Assembly (NCBI GenBank): GCA_044370475.1
Contig: JBILVK010000005.1
Span: forward strand, 1,147-65,146
Origin: Bacteroidia bacterium
GTDB lineage: Bacteria > Bacteroidota > Bacteroidia > UKL13-3
DNA length: 64,000 nucleotides
Direction of reading: 5' to 3'
The notes below the pieces were generated by a model, which searched no databases, was not told the DNA's origin, and was given only the letters and a program-made list of their open reading frames with translations. This document shows, one piece after another, positions 28,625-38,667 of the stretch (positions are counted from its first letter, which is position 1; every line of letters starts with the position of its first letter). The position numbers were made by a program, and so were the translations under genes.

Positions 28625-30811
28625 CTACCACAAGTGTAAGATTCCAAACCTTTTCAAGGTAAATAACACAGTACCTCCTAAAATCAAAATCCCTAAAATC
28701 ACCTTCCAAATTGGAGTGCCCTTTTTCTTAAATGGATCATTCAAATTTATTTTTGAATTTAATGGCAAAGTAGCGGTCTGAGTAAGCAAATTGCCAAAGC
28801 TAATATTTACTGTTGCCCTGGCATTTATTGCCCAACCATTGGCATCTAAAATAGGTGCCAAATTGCGCTTCCTTAATTTTAAATAAGCAATTAACATAGA
28901 GGGACCAGAAATCAATAAAAGTAGGCCCAAAAGTGCCAATGGAATCTTCCACCAAGTTAAGCCCAATATTCCAGCCACCAAACTTCCTAAAGCCGCTCCC
29001 AAAGCACCCAATGCCAAACTTATAGCAGCAAAAATCCCTACAAATTTTCCAATGTCAAATGGCTTTTCTGGCTCTGCTGTTTGAACCTGCACAATTTGCT
29101 TGTTAGCTACAGCATTGTTTGCATGTGCATCTGCCTCGCCAGCCTTCTTTTCTATGTTAGAAGTAGCCTGTGCTTGCACCTTATCATCTTGCGCAGAAGC
29201 AAACTTGTTTACTTGCGTATTAATAAACTTAGATATCTTTCTATACGGAGTCCAAAACGCTTGTCGTATGCTTATTGGATTATCTACAATCTTTATCACA
29301 ACTGCATCCCAATCCAAACCATCCCTGTCATAAAAAATGGCATTCCTGCCAACAATCAAATTGTCTATATCCCCATTTGTTAACGCAGCTGCAATAATCA
29401 TTTCTTGCTGGGTAGCTTTAGAAACACATTTGCAATAAATTAAAAACATACCACTTATAGCCACCATCGAATCATGCCTTCCCATATCATTTACCTTAAT
29501 ACATAAAGTACAACTGCGTTGATCTATGTACAAAGTTCCTGCCTGAAAAATTGCTTTATTACCGGGTGTATAGAAATCGTAAAACGTCACAAAGTTCTTC
29601 AACAACTGAAACAAATCTCTGTAATAACGCACCAATTGATCCACCAAAATTATTTGTCCGGCTTCGTCTGCTAACTCTAAATCTTTTTCTATTAAGCCTT
29701 TTAATTGATCGCCTTTTGCATGCTCCAAAATTTCACGCACTCTTTGTATTCCTAATGCCTCAACTTCTTTGCCCGACATCATATCTAGCCAATTGGCATA
29801 AGCATCAAAACGTGCAGAAATATCTCTCCAATTTTCTTCCGTTAAGGTTTTACTTCCCGGGAAAAGAACCGCAACAACCTCTTTGCTAAAATCAAAAATA
29901 GCCGCCTCCCACATTGGGTTCAGACCGCCCTCTAAGGGTAATGCTTTACCACCCTCTATCTTGGCTAAGGGATAGCCGCTTATCTCTTCCTTGCAAACAT
30001 TTAAATCTTTGGCTGCAATAGATTCTACACGTGCACTCAATTGGTTCAAGGCTTCTGCAGTTTGCGGATCAAAAGCAGCTAACTTACAGCGTAAAAAATA
30101 ATCATCTATCTTGGCTTGCAACCCTTGCCATTTCTCATATCCAGCAGCAGTATGCGCTCCCAATGGAAGCACCTCTGCGGCCTTGCCTTCAGAAATACGC
30201 AACCAAGAATCATACGCCTCACATGCCACATAAAAAGCATTTAACAACTCCAAATCTATGCCCTCTTTGCCTCCCCTATCTGCCTTTGAGCCTACACATG
30301 CCATGATATCTTTTATCAAAGAAATCAAGTCAGCATCCTCCGTGCTATCCTCTGTAATGATGCCATCTCCATTAAACTGAGTACCCGCAAAAATTCGCAC
30401 AAAATCTAAGGTATCTTCTACCCCAATTTCGGTGGCATCTGCCTTACCTAAATTTTGCAAAATAATTTTAGCACTCTCCAAAATTGCCCTGCCAGCCTCG
30501 GTTTCAACATTTATGGCACTTAATGGCAAAGTAGCTCCCTGCTTTAAAATATCATCTGCATTTTTCAACATGGAAGTAAGCCATTTTACAGCCTCCAAAA
30601 TCTCTGGAACCCTAATATGTCCATCACCATCAGAATCTATCAAAGCCAATGTTTTTGAGTCAATTTCCAAACCACTCACTGGGCAACTTAAAGCTGTCCA
30701 TAATTTCTGATCCAATTGCTCCAAGGCAAGTAAATCTGCCCCTGTTTCTAAATTTACTCGTTTAACTCCCCCAACAGTAGAGAAGCTCCAAACATGGTTA
30801 CTATTATTCAT
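28625..30811 (-). CDS. large conserved hypothetical membrane protein with EF-hand-like loops
   Basis: 728 aa. Loops DSDGDGHIRVPE and NGDGIITED. Three to four C-terminal TM segments (FVGIFAAISLALGALGAALGSLVAGILGLTWW...). Confidence 0.6.
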   Translation of the reverse strand: MNNSNHVWSFSTVGGVKRVNLETGADLLALEQLDQKLWTALSCPVSGLEIDSKTLALIDSDGDGHIRVPEILEAVKWLTSMLKNADDILKQGATLPLSAINVETEAGRAILESAKIILQNLGKADATEIGVEDTLDFVRIFAGTQFNGDGIITEDSTEDADLISLIKDIMACVGSKADRGGKEGIDLELLNAFYVACEAYDSWLRISEGKAAEVLPLGAHTAAGYEKWQGLQAKIDDYFLRCKLAAFDPQTAEALNQLSARVESIAAKDLNVCKEEISGYPLAKIEGGKALPLEGGLNPMWEAAIFDFSKEVVAVLFPGSKTLTEENWRDISARFDAYANWLDMMSGKEVEALGIQRVREILEHAKGDQLKGLIEKDLELADEAGQIILVDQLVRYYRDLFQLLKNFVTFYDFYTPGNKAIFQAGTLYIDQRSCTLCIKVNDMGRHDSMVAISGMFLIYCKCVSKATQQEMIIAAALTNGDIDNLIVGRNAIFYDRDGLDWDAVVIKIVDNPISIRQAFWTPYRKISKFINTQVNKFASAQDDKVQAQATSNIEKKAGEADAHANNAVANKQIVQVQTAEPEKPFDIGKFVGIFAAISLALGALGAALGSLVAGILGLTWWKIPLALLGLLLLISGPSMLIAYLKLRKRNLAPILDANGWAINARATVNISFGNLLTQTATLPLNSKINLNDPFKKKGTPIWKVILGILILGGTVLFTLKRFGILHLW
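29917..29926 (+). repeat. over-represented word GGTTCAGACC (exact)
   Basis: Context ttgGGTTCAGACCgccc. Decoded as G-L-N-P on the opposite strand. Confidence 0.95.
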
Positions 30812-30830
30812 TTGCTAATCAATTTTTTTC

Positions 30831-30840
30831 GGTCTGAACC
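30831..30840 (-). repeat. over-represented word GGTTCAGACC (exact, extended form)
   Basis: The plus strand reads tttttcGGTCTGAACCaaag, intergenic, 20 nt upstream of the 728-aa gene start. Confidence 0.95.
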
Positions 30841-31020
30841 AAAGATAAGTTTGGAGCAAATTAATAAATAAACAAACATTCTCTATACCCATTCAAAACT
30901 TGATTTTAATAGGCATCATTCTTATTCAAACTACCTATTTCACTTTGTTAATTTTATTTTTCAATTAATTGGGCGTACAAACATTCCCACCTAAATTCGC
31001 AACCTTAAGTAAAATCAACT

Positions 31021-33504
31021 GTGTCGTTCGATCCATTCTCCATACAACTTCCCGTTACCGAAATTATTCATGAGGTAAAAGAAAAGCTCATTCAAAACAA
31101 TACCCTTATTATTCAAGCGCCTCCAGGTGCCGGAAAAAGCACTTTGCTGCCGCTTGCCTTGCTAGATGCTCATTACCTCAAAGGAAAAAAAATCATCATG
31201 CTAGAGCCGCGCAGATTGGCCACTCGCAGCATTGCCATGCGCATGGCAGAATTGCTCAACGAGGAAGTGGGTGCAACTGTGGGTTACAGAATACGCTTCG
31301 ATAACCGCATTGGCAGTCAAACAAAAATTGAAGTAGTAACAGAGGGAATCCTTACCCGCATGCTGCAATCAGACAATGCCCTAGAAGAATATGGCATGGT
31401 TATTTTTGATGAGTTTCACGAACGTAGCATCCATGCAGATGTGGCCATGGCTCTCTGCAGAGAAACCCAACAAGTGCTTAGGCCCGACCTGCGCATGGTG
31501 GTTATGAGTGCTACCTTAAACATGCCTCAACTGGTTACCTTACTTAAGGCTCCTGTATCAACCAGTCAAGGCAAGCAATACCCGGTAGAAATAAAATATG
31601 TGGGTCAACAAGATGAACGTCTCTTGCCAGAAACCACAGCCAGAATTGTAGTAGAGGCCACCAGAAATCATGAGGGCGATGTTTTGGTCTTCCTTCCTGG
31701 CGAAGGAGAAATACGAAGAACCGCAGAATTGCTTAAAGCAGACCTCAACCAATTTGCCATACATCCTTTGTACGGAATCTTGCCGCAACATGAACAGTAT
31801 GCAGCCATTATGCCCAACAAACATGGCAAACGTAAAATTGTTCTGGCCACTTCCATTGCCGAAACAAGTTTAACCATAGAGGGCGTGAAAGTAGTAGTAG
31901 ATACAGGCTTCGCCAAGATGCAACGCTTTGATCCAAAAAGCGGATTGAGCAGGTTAGAAATCGTTCAAATAGCTCAAGATAGTGCCGACCAACGTGCGGG
32001 CAGAGCAGGAAGATTAAGTGCAGGTGTTTGTTACCGCATGTGGACCAAAGCCACGCACGATAGACTACCGCAACATCGCATCCCAGAAATTATGGAGGCC
32101 GATCTAGCTTCGCTGGTTTTAGATATGGCGCAATGGGGCATTGTGAACTTAGAACAAATGAGCTGGCTCAACAATCCGCCAAGGGCACATGTGGCCCAAG
32201 CCAGTGAGGTGCTGCACCAATTGGGTGCCTTGGAGAATGGCCGCATTACCGAGCATGGCAAGCAAATTCACAAGCTGGCTTGTCACCCACGCATTGCCCA
32301 TATGTTGCTTCTTGCCAAGGAAGATCATACCATTCAATTGGCAAGCGATGTTGCTGCCGTATTAGAAGAGCGCGATCCACTGCCCAGAGAATCGGGCATA
32401 GATATCAACTTACGAGTTGAGGCTTTGCGCAGAGCAAGAAAAAACAATGCCCTAGGCAAGAATTTTGCGCGCATAGAAAAGGTAGCAGAATCGTATAGAA
32501 AATTGCTTCAAGTAGAGGTGAGCAATGCCCCAGTAGACCCTTTTGAAACAGGCCTGCTCATTGCCCATGCTTACCCAGAAAGAATAGCATGTGCGCGTCC
32601 TGGCAACAATGCGCAGTTTCAATTGTCGAATGGAAAATATGCTGCAGCCGGTCATAAAGATGATTTGGCACATGAGCCTTGGTTGGCGGTTGCACATATG
32701 GATACGCGCGATGGCTTGGGCAAGATTTTCTTGGCAGCTCCTTTAAATCCTACCGACCTTAGGAGCTTGGTGAAAGAGAAGGAAGTGATTACTTGGGATA
32801 CCCGCAAAGGCGGACTCATTGCCACAAAGGATTTGCGCATTGGAAGCATTGTTTTACAATCTAAACCACTGCCCGCACCTGACCCAAAACACTTGGTAGA
32901 TGCTATCTCGGAAGCCTTAAAAACTGAAGGAGAAAACTTGCTCTCTTTTAATGATACCATGAAGCAATTGCAAAACAGAATTCTGAGTTTGCGCAAATGG
33001 AACAATGCCTCAGATTGGCCAGATGTAAGTACCCATACCTTGTTGTTACAAAACAAAGAATGGCTCGGACCTTATCTCAATCAAATTAAAAAACCAGACG
33101 ACCTAAAAAAGCTAGATTTGGCGCAGGCTTTGTTTAACCACTTGCCTTATCAAAAACAATTAGACCTGAACCAATTGGCGCCACAAAAGCTCGAAGTACC
33201 CAGTGGCTCTTTTATAGAAATTGAATACTTTGCCCATGGCGAAACTCCCGTTTTGGCAGTTCGTCTACAAGAAGTATTTGGTCTTAGCGATACGCCCACC
33301 ATCAATGCCGACAAAACACCTGTAGTGATGCATTTGTTATCGCCCGGCTTTAAACCCGTACAAGTAACCTCAGACCTAAGAAGCTTTTGGAACAATACCT
33401 ACCACGAAGTAAAAAAGGAACTCAAACGCAGGTATCCAAAGCACTCCTGGCCCGAAGACCCTTGGGCCGCAGTACCCGTAGCTAAAGGTCGCAAACGCAG
33501 TTAA
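31021..33504 (+). CDS. hrpB: ATP-dependent RNA helicase HrpB
   Basis: GTG start. APPGAGKST (Walker A), DEFHER (DEAH box variant), SIAETSLTIEGV, QRAGRAGR. 827 aa with an HrpB-type C-terminal domain. Confidence 0.9.
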   Translation: MSFDPFSIQLPVTEIIHEVKEKLIQNNTLIIQAPPGAGKSTLLPLALLDAHYLKGKKIIMLEPRRLATRSIAMRMAELLNEEVGATVGYRIRFDNRIGSQTKIEVVTEGILTRMLQSDNALEEYGMVIFDEFHERSIHADVAMALCRETQQVLRPDLRMVVMSATLNMPQLVTLLKAPVSTSQGKQYPVEIKYVGQQDERLLPETTARIVVEATRNHEGDVLVFLPGEGEIRRTAELLKADLNQFAIHPLYGILPQHEQYAAIMPNKHGKRKIVLATSIAETSLTIEGVKVVVDTGFAKMQRFDPKSGLSRLEIVQIAQDSADQRAGRAGRLSAGVCYRMWTKATHDRLPQHRIPEIMEADLASLVLDMAQWGIVNLEQMSWLNNPPRAHVAQASEVLHQLGALENGRITEHGKQIHKLACHPRIAHMLLLAKEDHTIQLASDVAAVLEERDPLPRESGIDINLRVEALRRARKNNALGKNFARIEKVAESYRKLLQVEVSNAPVDPFETGLLIAHAYPERIACARPGNNAQFQLSNGKYAAAGHKDDLAHEPWLAVAHMDTRDGLGKIFLAAPLNPTDLRSLVKEKEVITWDTRKGGLIATKDLRIGSIVLQSKPLPAPDPKHLVDAISEALKTEGENLLSFNDTMKQLQNRILSLRKWNNASDWPDVSTHTLLLQNKEWLGPYLNQIKKPDDLKKLDLAQALFNHLPYQKQLDLNQLAPQKLEVPSGSFIEIEYFAHGETPVLAVRLQEVFGLSDTPTINADKTPVVMHLLSPGFKPVQVTSDLRSFWNNTYHEVKKELKRRYPKHSWPEDPWAAVPVAKGRKRS

Positions 33505-33619
33505 ATGTTCTACCAAAAGAGATAGGTTGTCTTGCAGACATTGTGCAATTTGTGCAATGAATGTGCAATTGATTTATGCCGCAATTTTAGTAGACTAGTG
33601 AATTTGCATTTCTGATATT

Positions 33620-36600
33620 TTAATCAATCAACTCAATTCGTCTTACAAAAGATTCTCCTTCTGGGGTGCTGAGTTTAATGAGGTAAATGCCGTTGCTTAA
33701 GTTGCTTAAATCTATGCTACCATCTAGCTGTGCTTTGCCTTGGAACACCTGCTCGCCCAAGATGCTCTGCACGCTCACAACCAGGTCTCGGTTCAGACCG
33801 TCTTGAATAAATATTGTGCCATTGCTTGGGTTGGGGTATAGCAGAATATCATGGTTCCAAGCCAATTCTGAGCCGCCCAAAGGTTTATTGATGGTGATGT
33901 TTAAGTAAGCGGTATCGCCATAACATCCTCCACCTGTGCGTTCCAATAATTTGAGTTCTGTGGTCCCTATGTCTGTCCACCTAATACTGATGTTTGAAGT
34001 ATTGCTAAAGCCCACTCCTTTATCGTACATCCAAGAGTATGTTGAGCCGTTACTAGGCGTTACAGCATAGGTTTCTGTGGTGCCACGTATCACATTGATA
34101 TTTCCGTTGATGCTTACGGGATCAGGGTTGGGAATGAGATAAATTCTTATACTAGCAGTATCTGCGCAGGCTCCGCTTAAGCTGTTTATAAGCGTTACAA
34201 CAAAGGTATTTTCTGTGCCAAAAACATAACTCATAGAGTCTACAACATTGCCAGAATACATCCCATTGCCAAAGTCCCACGTGCGGGTAATATTGGGGTT
34301 GCCAGCTTGCGTGGTATCTGTAAAAACAAAGTTATTGTCTCTGGCACATTGAATAGATTTATTTAATAAAAAACCCGCTTGCAATTTCTCACTCACACTT
34401 ATAGCCACTACATTAGAGGTATGAACTTCTGTGCCAGAAAATACAGTGCGTCTATACCATGTATTGGTGCTTAAAACACCTGGCGAATAGCTATTGGCAT
34501 TGTTTACACCTGGGGCAGGAGTATAAGCACCTGCGGCGCCAGTAGTGCTTTGCGTCCACAAATAAGTATAGGAGCCTGTGCCTCCAGTTGGTGCCGTGCC
34601 TGTTAACAAACCCGCGGCTTCGCTTAAACATAAACCTTGGTCTGAACCTATAATATTGTTATCTAATGCACTAGGTTGTGCCAAATTATACCTAACCAAA
34701 AAGGCATCAAAGCCACCATTATTGGTAGTATCCGTAGCATTTGGTGTGGCAATGCCAGAATCGGAAGTAGAATATCCAGCAATAAATAAATTTCCTAATT
34801 TATCAAGCTTAACCTCCTTTAAATAATCATGTGCATTGCCCCCATAATAGGTTCCAAGTTGTCTTGTCCCGGCTTTATCAAAAATAATTAAATAACCATC
34901 TCCAGTCCCTTTTAAAGTTGATTGAATCGCGCCAAATGAAGCAATATCTGTAGTAGAATTGGTAAACCCAACCCCATAAATATTGTTAAGTGTATCACTA
35001 GTTATTCCATAAAGATAATCGGTATTGTTACCGCCATAATATGTAGCCCAAATACGCGTTCCGGTATTATCCATCTTTAACAAAAATCCATCGTTGGCAC
35101 TTGGCTTGTAATAAGAGGTATCATACCCATTTGCAGATGCAATTCCAGAATCAGAGGTGGTATTACCAGAAACCAAAATATTCCCTTCATAATCCAATTT
35201 CAAATCATTTGGCACATCAATACCAGGGCCACCATAATAAGTTCCGTACCCCAATGAACCATCCTTTTTAAACTTGGCTATAATACCATCTGTGCTGCCT
35301 CCTAAATAACCTTGATGCGCTCCAGATGTAGCTATACCAAAAGTAGAAGTAGTGGTACCCGTTAGAAAAATATTACCAGTTTTATCGCCAGATAAAGCGT
35401 ATATATAATCTTCATTATCACCGCCATAAAAAGTGCCCCACTTGACTACCCCATTTTTACTAAATTTTACCAATATACCATCTGTATAACCTACTAAGGA
35501 AAATTGATGTGTATTAGGATAAGCAGGATAAATAAAAACCATATCCCCAGAATTTGAATAACCCCCAACCACTATATCACCTAAATAATCTACCATGATG
35601 GCATCCATACCATCAGTTAGCAGTCCACCAAAATAAGTCCCCCAAACAAGGCTACCAGAAGAATTAAATTTAGCTACAATACCATCCGAACCTCCAGCAA
35701 TCGTGGTTCTGTGCGCTCCTGCTGTGCTAATTCCACTAGGCGAATTCGATTGCCCTGCTACATAAATATTTTGTTCAACATCAATGGCAATATCATTTAA
35801 CACATCATTATTTGCCCCGCCATAATAAGTAGCCCACAACAATGCCCCCGCTGGCGCATATTTAGCAATAAACCCATCTAAACCTCCACCTACAGTTGTT
35901 TGATGTGCACCAGTTGTTGCCACAGAACTATTAGAGCTTGTATAACCTATAATGTATATATTTCCCAAACTATCCAAAACCATATCGTTTACAAATTCTC
36001 CATTTGTTCCACCAAAATAAGTACCCCAAGCCAAAGGGTCAATTACCAGTGTATTGTTTCTATCTCTTGCATCTACTTCTATGCCAAAAAGCCTATCATG
36101 TATCTGTCTGAACCGAGCACCAATGGAGCGGCCTTGCCTACCTTGTTTGGCGAGCTCATAGCTAAGTGGCACTTGCTCCTCTAGCACGCCTAGTGTGGTT
36201 TGCATGGCAATGGAACCTTCTTCTGTTAAAGTGTTTTTGCTGGCGCCTTCTATTAAAAATTGCACCTTGCTTTCATCTGCACCTGGGTGCAAAATAATAT
36301 TGTACTTAAACCTTGCTTGACCATCAATTTCTGTGACTAAAAACTCAATGTCTGTTTGGGGGTACACATTCTTATACAAGATGCGTTTAATGGTTCTTTG
36401 CGTGGTTACTTGGTTTGCATTTTGCTTCGAATGAATTTTTATGACACCATCATTCTGCTCACAAACAAGCTTCTCTATTAAGCTATTTGAACCTACAAAA
36501 TCTATGTCAATGCGATGTGCTCTTTGTACAGCATTTGTTGCAGCTATATTGGGTTCAGACAGAAGCGAAAGACTGCTTGCTTTTGTTTGGCGAAGCTCAT

Positions 36601-36811
36601 AGCTAAAGCCGTTCTCCCTTAGCTGCACGCTCAATGCCGGCGAGGAAAACAAAAACAACACTTGGGTATTTACCTTGCCATTTTGGTCGTAAATCTGACC
36701 TTCATTCTTAATAAAACCACTTTCATTTTTAAGCTTACCTGCATCTATTGCCTCCGCAAAAAGCAAGCAATTAAATAGCAAAAATAGGAGGCTTAGGAGT
36801 AACTTTTTCAT
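33620..36811 (-). CDS. SBBP beta-propeller-repeat protein with PKD-like domain and T9SS C-terminal sorting domain
   Basis: Many repeats of the form D..GNIY..G.T.S....T.GA.Q....G..DGF..KF. WDFGNG PKD motif. C-terminus LYPNPSNGTIFIQ...GIYLIKLSTPEGESFVRRIEL. Confidence 0.85.
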   Translation of the reverse strand: MKKLLLSLLFLLFNCLLFAEAIDAGKLKNESGFIKNEGQIYDQNGKVNTQVLFLFSSPALSVQLRENGFSYELRQTKASSLSLLSEPNIAATNAVQRAHRIDIDFVGSNSLIEKLVCEQNDGVIKIHSKQNANQVTTQRTIKRILYKNVYPQTDIEFLVTEIDGQARFKYNIILHPGADESKVQFLIEGASKNTLTEEGSIAMQTTLGVLEEQVPLSYELAKQGRQGRSIGARFRQIHDRLFGIEVDARDRNNTLVIDPLAWGTYFGGTNGEFVNDMVLDSLGNIYIIGYTSSNSSVATTGAHQTTVGGGLDGFIAKYAPAGALLWATYYGGANNDVLNDIAIDVEQNIYVAGQSNSPSGISTAGAHRTTIAGGSDGIVAKFNSSGSLVWGTYFGGLLTDGMDAIMVDYLGDIVVGGYSNSGDMVFIYPAYPNTHQFSLVGYTDGILVKFSKNGVVKWGTFYGGDNEDYIYALSGDKTGNIFLTGTTTSTFGIATSGAHQGYLGGSTDGIIAKFKKDGSLGYGTYYGGPGIDVPNDLKLDYEGNILVSGNTTSDSGIASANGYDTSYYKPSANDGFLLKMDNTGTRIWATYYGGNNTDYLYGITSDTLNNIYGVGFTNSTTDIASFGAIQSTLKGTGDGYLIIFDKAGTRQLGTYYGGNAHDYLKEVKLDKLGNLFIAGYSTSDSGIATPNATDTTNNGGFDAFLVRYNLAQPSALDNNIIGSDQGLCLSEAAGLLTGTAPTGGTGSYTYLWTQSTTGAAGAYTPAPGVNNANSYSPGVLSTNTWYRRTVFSGTEVHTSNVVAISVSEKLQAGFLLNKSIQCARDNNFVFTDTTQAGNPNITRTWDFGNGMYSGNVVDSMSYVFGTENTFVVTLINSLSGACADTASIRIYLIPNPDPVSINGNINVIRGTTETYAVTPSNGSTYSWMYDKGVGFSNTSNISIRWTDIGTTELKLLERTGGGCYGDTAYLNITINKPLGGSELAWNHDILLYPNPSNGTIFIQDGLNRDLVVSVQSILGEQVFQGKAQLDGSIDLSNLSNGIYLIKLSTPEGESFVRRIELID
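33790..33799 (+). repeat. over-represented word GGTTCAGACC (exact)
   Basis: Context ctcGGTTCAGACCgtct. Decoded as D-G-L-N-R in the SBBP gene. Confidence 0.95.
34639..34648 (-). repeat. over-represented word GGTTCAGACC (exact)
   Basis: The plus strand reads ccttGGTCTGAACCtata. Decoded as I-G-S-D-Q in the SBBP gene. Confidence 0.95.
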
Positions 36812-37026
36812 AGCATTGAATTAAACCAAAACAAGTAAATATGAAGTAATTTAATGCTAGCAACCCTAAAATAAAAATCGACTTTCTTAATAATTTATTT
36901 AATTATTCCAATGGAGAAAATGGGGCATTTCCACTACAAGAAATCAACAACAAAAAGGCTTGCTTAAACCGCATAAAAAAGGCCGTCTCTTTTGTGAAAC
37001 AGCCTTTAAAATGCTAATAAAAAATA

Positions 37027-37230
37027 CTACTTAGTTTTGCAGGTATTCATACCCACAAGGGTGTAAAGCGGACAAAAGCTGATAACGCTCGTTGCCAAAA
37101 ACACACCGCCTAATACCACCAACACAATGCCCAATGTGCCTGTTACAGTTTTAGTAAAAAATAGTACAGCAAATACCACAGCAAGGATTATTCTAATCAC
37201 TTTGTCTGTTCCACCCATGTTTGTTTTCAT
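37027..37230 (-). CDS. DUF2892 (YgaP-like) small membrane protein
   Basis: 67 aa. DKVIRIILAVVF...SFCPLYTLVGMNTC pattern. Confidence 0.7.
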   Translation of the reverse strand: MKTNMGGTDKVIRIILAVVFAVLFFTKTVTGTLGIVLVVLGGVFLATSVISFCPLYTLVGMNTCKTK

Positions 37231-37386
37231 AGTTTATTGTTTTAAATATAAGTTCTTTTCTAGCTATTAATAAAAAGCAAGGTAAGGTATTCTCTTGCCA
37301 ACTTGCTTCATCAAATGTAAAATGATATAGCCAAGAGGAATGTAACTTTTGTTACATAAGAATGAAGATAGAGAAAAATCATGAAA

Positions 37387-38667
37387 TTACTTCACAAAAA
37401 ACGGGAAATTAGCACATGCCACTTGTTGGTGCTTATCCTCAATATAAACAAATAGCCTATAAGCTCCTTTTTGAAAGGGTGCTTTAAAACTATAACCCGA
37501 CTCTGCATTTCCTTTCATCAAAACAGGGATGGCATCGGGCTTTATTTCTGCATCTCCACCACTTTTGGTAAACTCACTTTCGGGCAAGATTTCCCATTTG
37601 TAAATGAGGCTGCTTGGCTCTGTATGTTGCACCTTTAAATCAACTTGTATCGAAGCGCCTTTCTTGCTTATAACACTGGCTGTCGCGGCGCTTTGGTTCA
37701 GACCGAAAGAAAGGATTTGTGGCGCCCAAAAAGCAGGCTTTGAACCGCTCCATTCTTCTTGTAACACATTCACCGCTTCTGTTTGCCTATCACCCACAAA
37801 AACACCATACCAAGTGGGTGTAGTTTCTTGTTTTTGTCCCCATAAAAACACATAAGAACCCAAGCATATATTGCTGTCTTTTTTAATAAAATCTCTATAG
37901 CGCTCTCTGTAGGTTATTGCCTTTTCGCTAGAGGTTTGTTCTATGGCTGCACCCCAACTTGTTTTGGCAACTTCCCAATGGCCGTTTGGACCCCATTCTG
38001 TTACCATATAGGGTTTATCCCAGCCATAAAGCCTAATCTTTTCTGGCAATGCGGGCAAATCGCCATAAGTATTTACACCTAATATATCTATGTCTTTACA
38101 ATGGGCTTTTATTAAGGCAACTTCTGGCGCATCTATGCCTGCTGTAACCACGCAGGTAGGGTGGTTTTTATCTTCTTCATGAATCATAGCAGCTATGTTT
38201 TGTACGGCATGCCAAACCGCAAAATCTGTATAAGCCAAATCTACCTCATTGCCCACTCCCCACATCAACAATGCTGGGTGATTTTTATACTTGTTTACAA
38301 CCGATTTAAATTGCGCTACTTGGTCTTCACAGGCCCATTTATCGCTATAATCAAAGCCATGTCGCTCAGGTGGCATCCACAATCCCAACATCACCGTTAA
38401 TCCCTTTTTCTGTGCTTCATCTAATACCTCCTGCGCGTTTTCTGCTCCCCATAAGCGCACAGAATTTCCACCTGCCGCTACTACCTTATCCATAAAAACA
38501 TGTCCGCCCGCTCCCTTCACATAATAAGGGCTATTGCCTCTTTGCAACTCATAAACACCTGCTCCTTTAGGCACTACCACGACCTTAATTGCTTGCGCTT
38601 GCACTTGGTAAACAAGTACCAGAAATAGGCCCAAAAGCAACATTATTCTTCTCATATCAATTAGCAA
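37387..38667 (-). CDS. glycoside hydrolase, clan GH-A TIM barrel (GH2-TIM/GH5-like) with C-terminal beta-sandwich
   Basis: NHPALLMWGVGNEVD (acid/base NE) and YMVTEWGP (nucleophile E). Signal peptide. Last gene of the glycan operon, overlapping the GH16 gene end by 11 nt. Confidence 0.7.
   Translation of the reverse strand: MLIDMRRIMLLLGLFLVLVYQVQAQAIKVVVVPKGAGVYELQRGNSPYYVKGAGGHVFMDKVVAAGGNSVRLWGAENAQEVLDEAQKKGLTVMLGLWMPPERHGFDYSDKWACEDQVAQFKSVVNKYKNHPALLMWGVGNEVDLAYTDFAVWHAVQNIAAMIHEEDKNHPTCVVTAGIDAPEVALIKAHCKDIDILGVNTYGDLPALPEKIRLYGWDKPYMVTEWGPNGHWEVAKTSWGAAIEQTSSEKAITYRERYRDFIKKDSNICLGSYVFLWGQKQETTPTWYGVFVGDRQTEAVNVLQEEWSGSKPAFWAPQILSFGLNQSAATASVISKKGASIQVDLKVQHTEPSSLIYKWEILPESEFTKSGGDAEIKPDAIPVLMKGNAESGYSFKAPFQKGAYRLFVYIEDKHQQVACANFPFFVK
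37695..37704 (+). repeat. over-represented word GGTTCAGACC (exact, extended form)
   Basis: Context tttGGTTCAGACCgaaag. Decoded as F-G-L-N-Q in the clan GH-A hydrolase gene. Confidence 0.95.
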
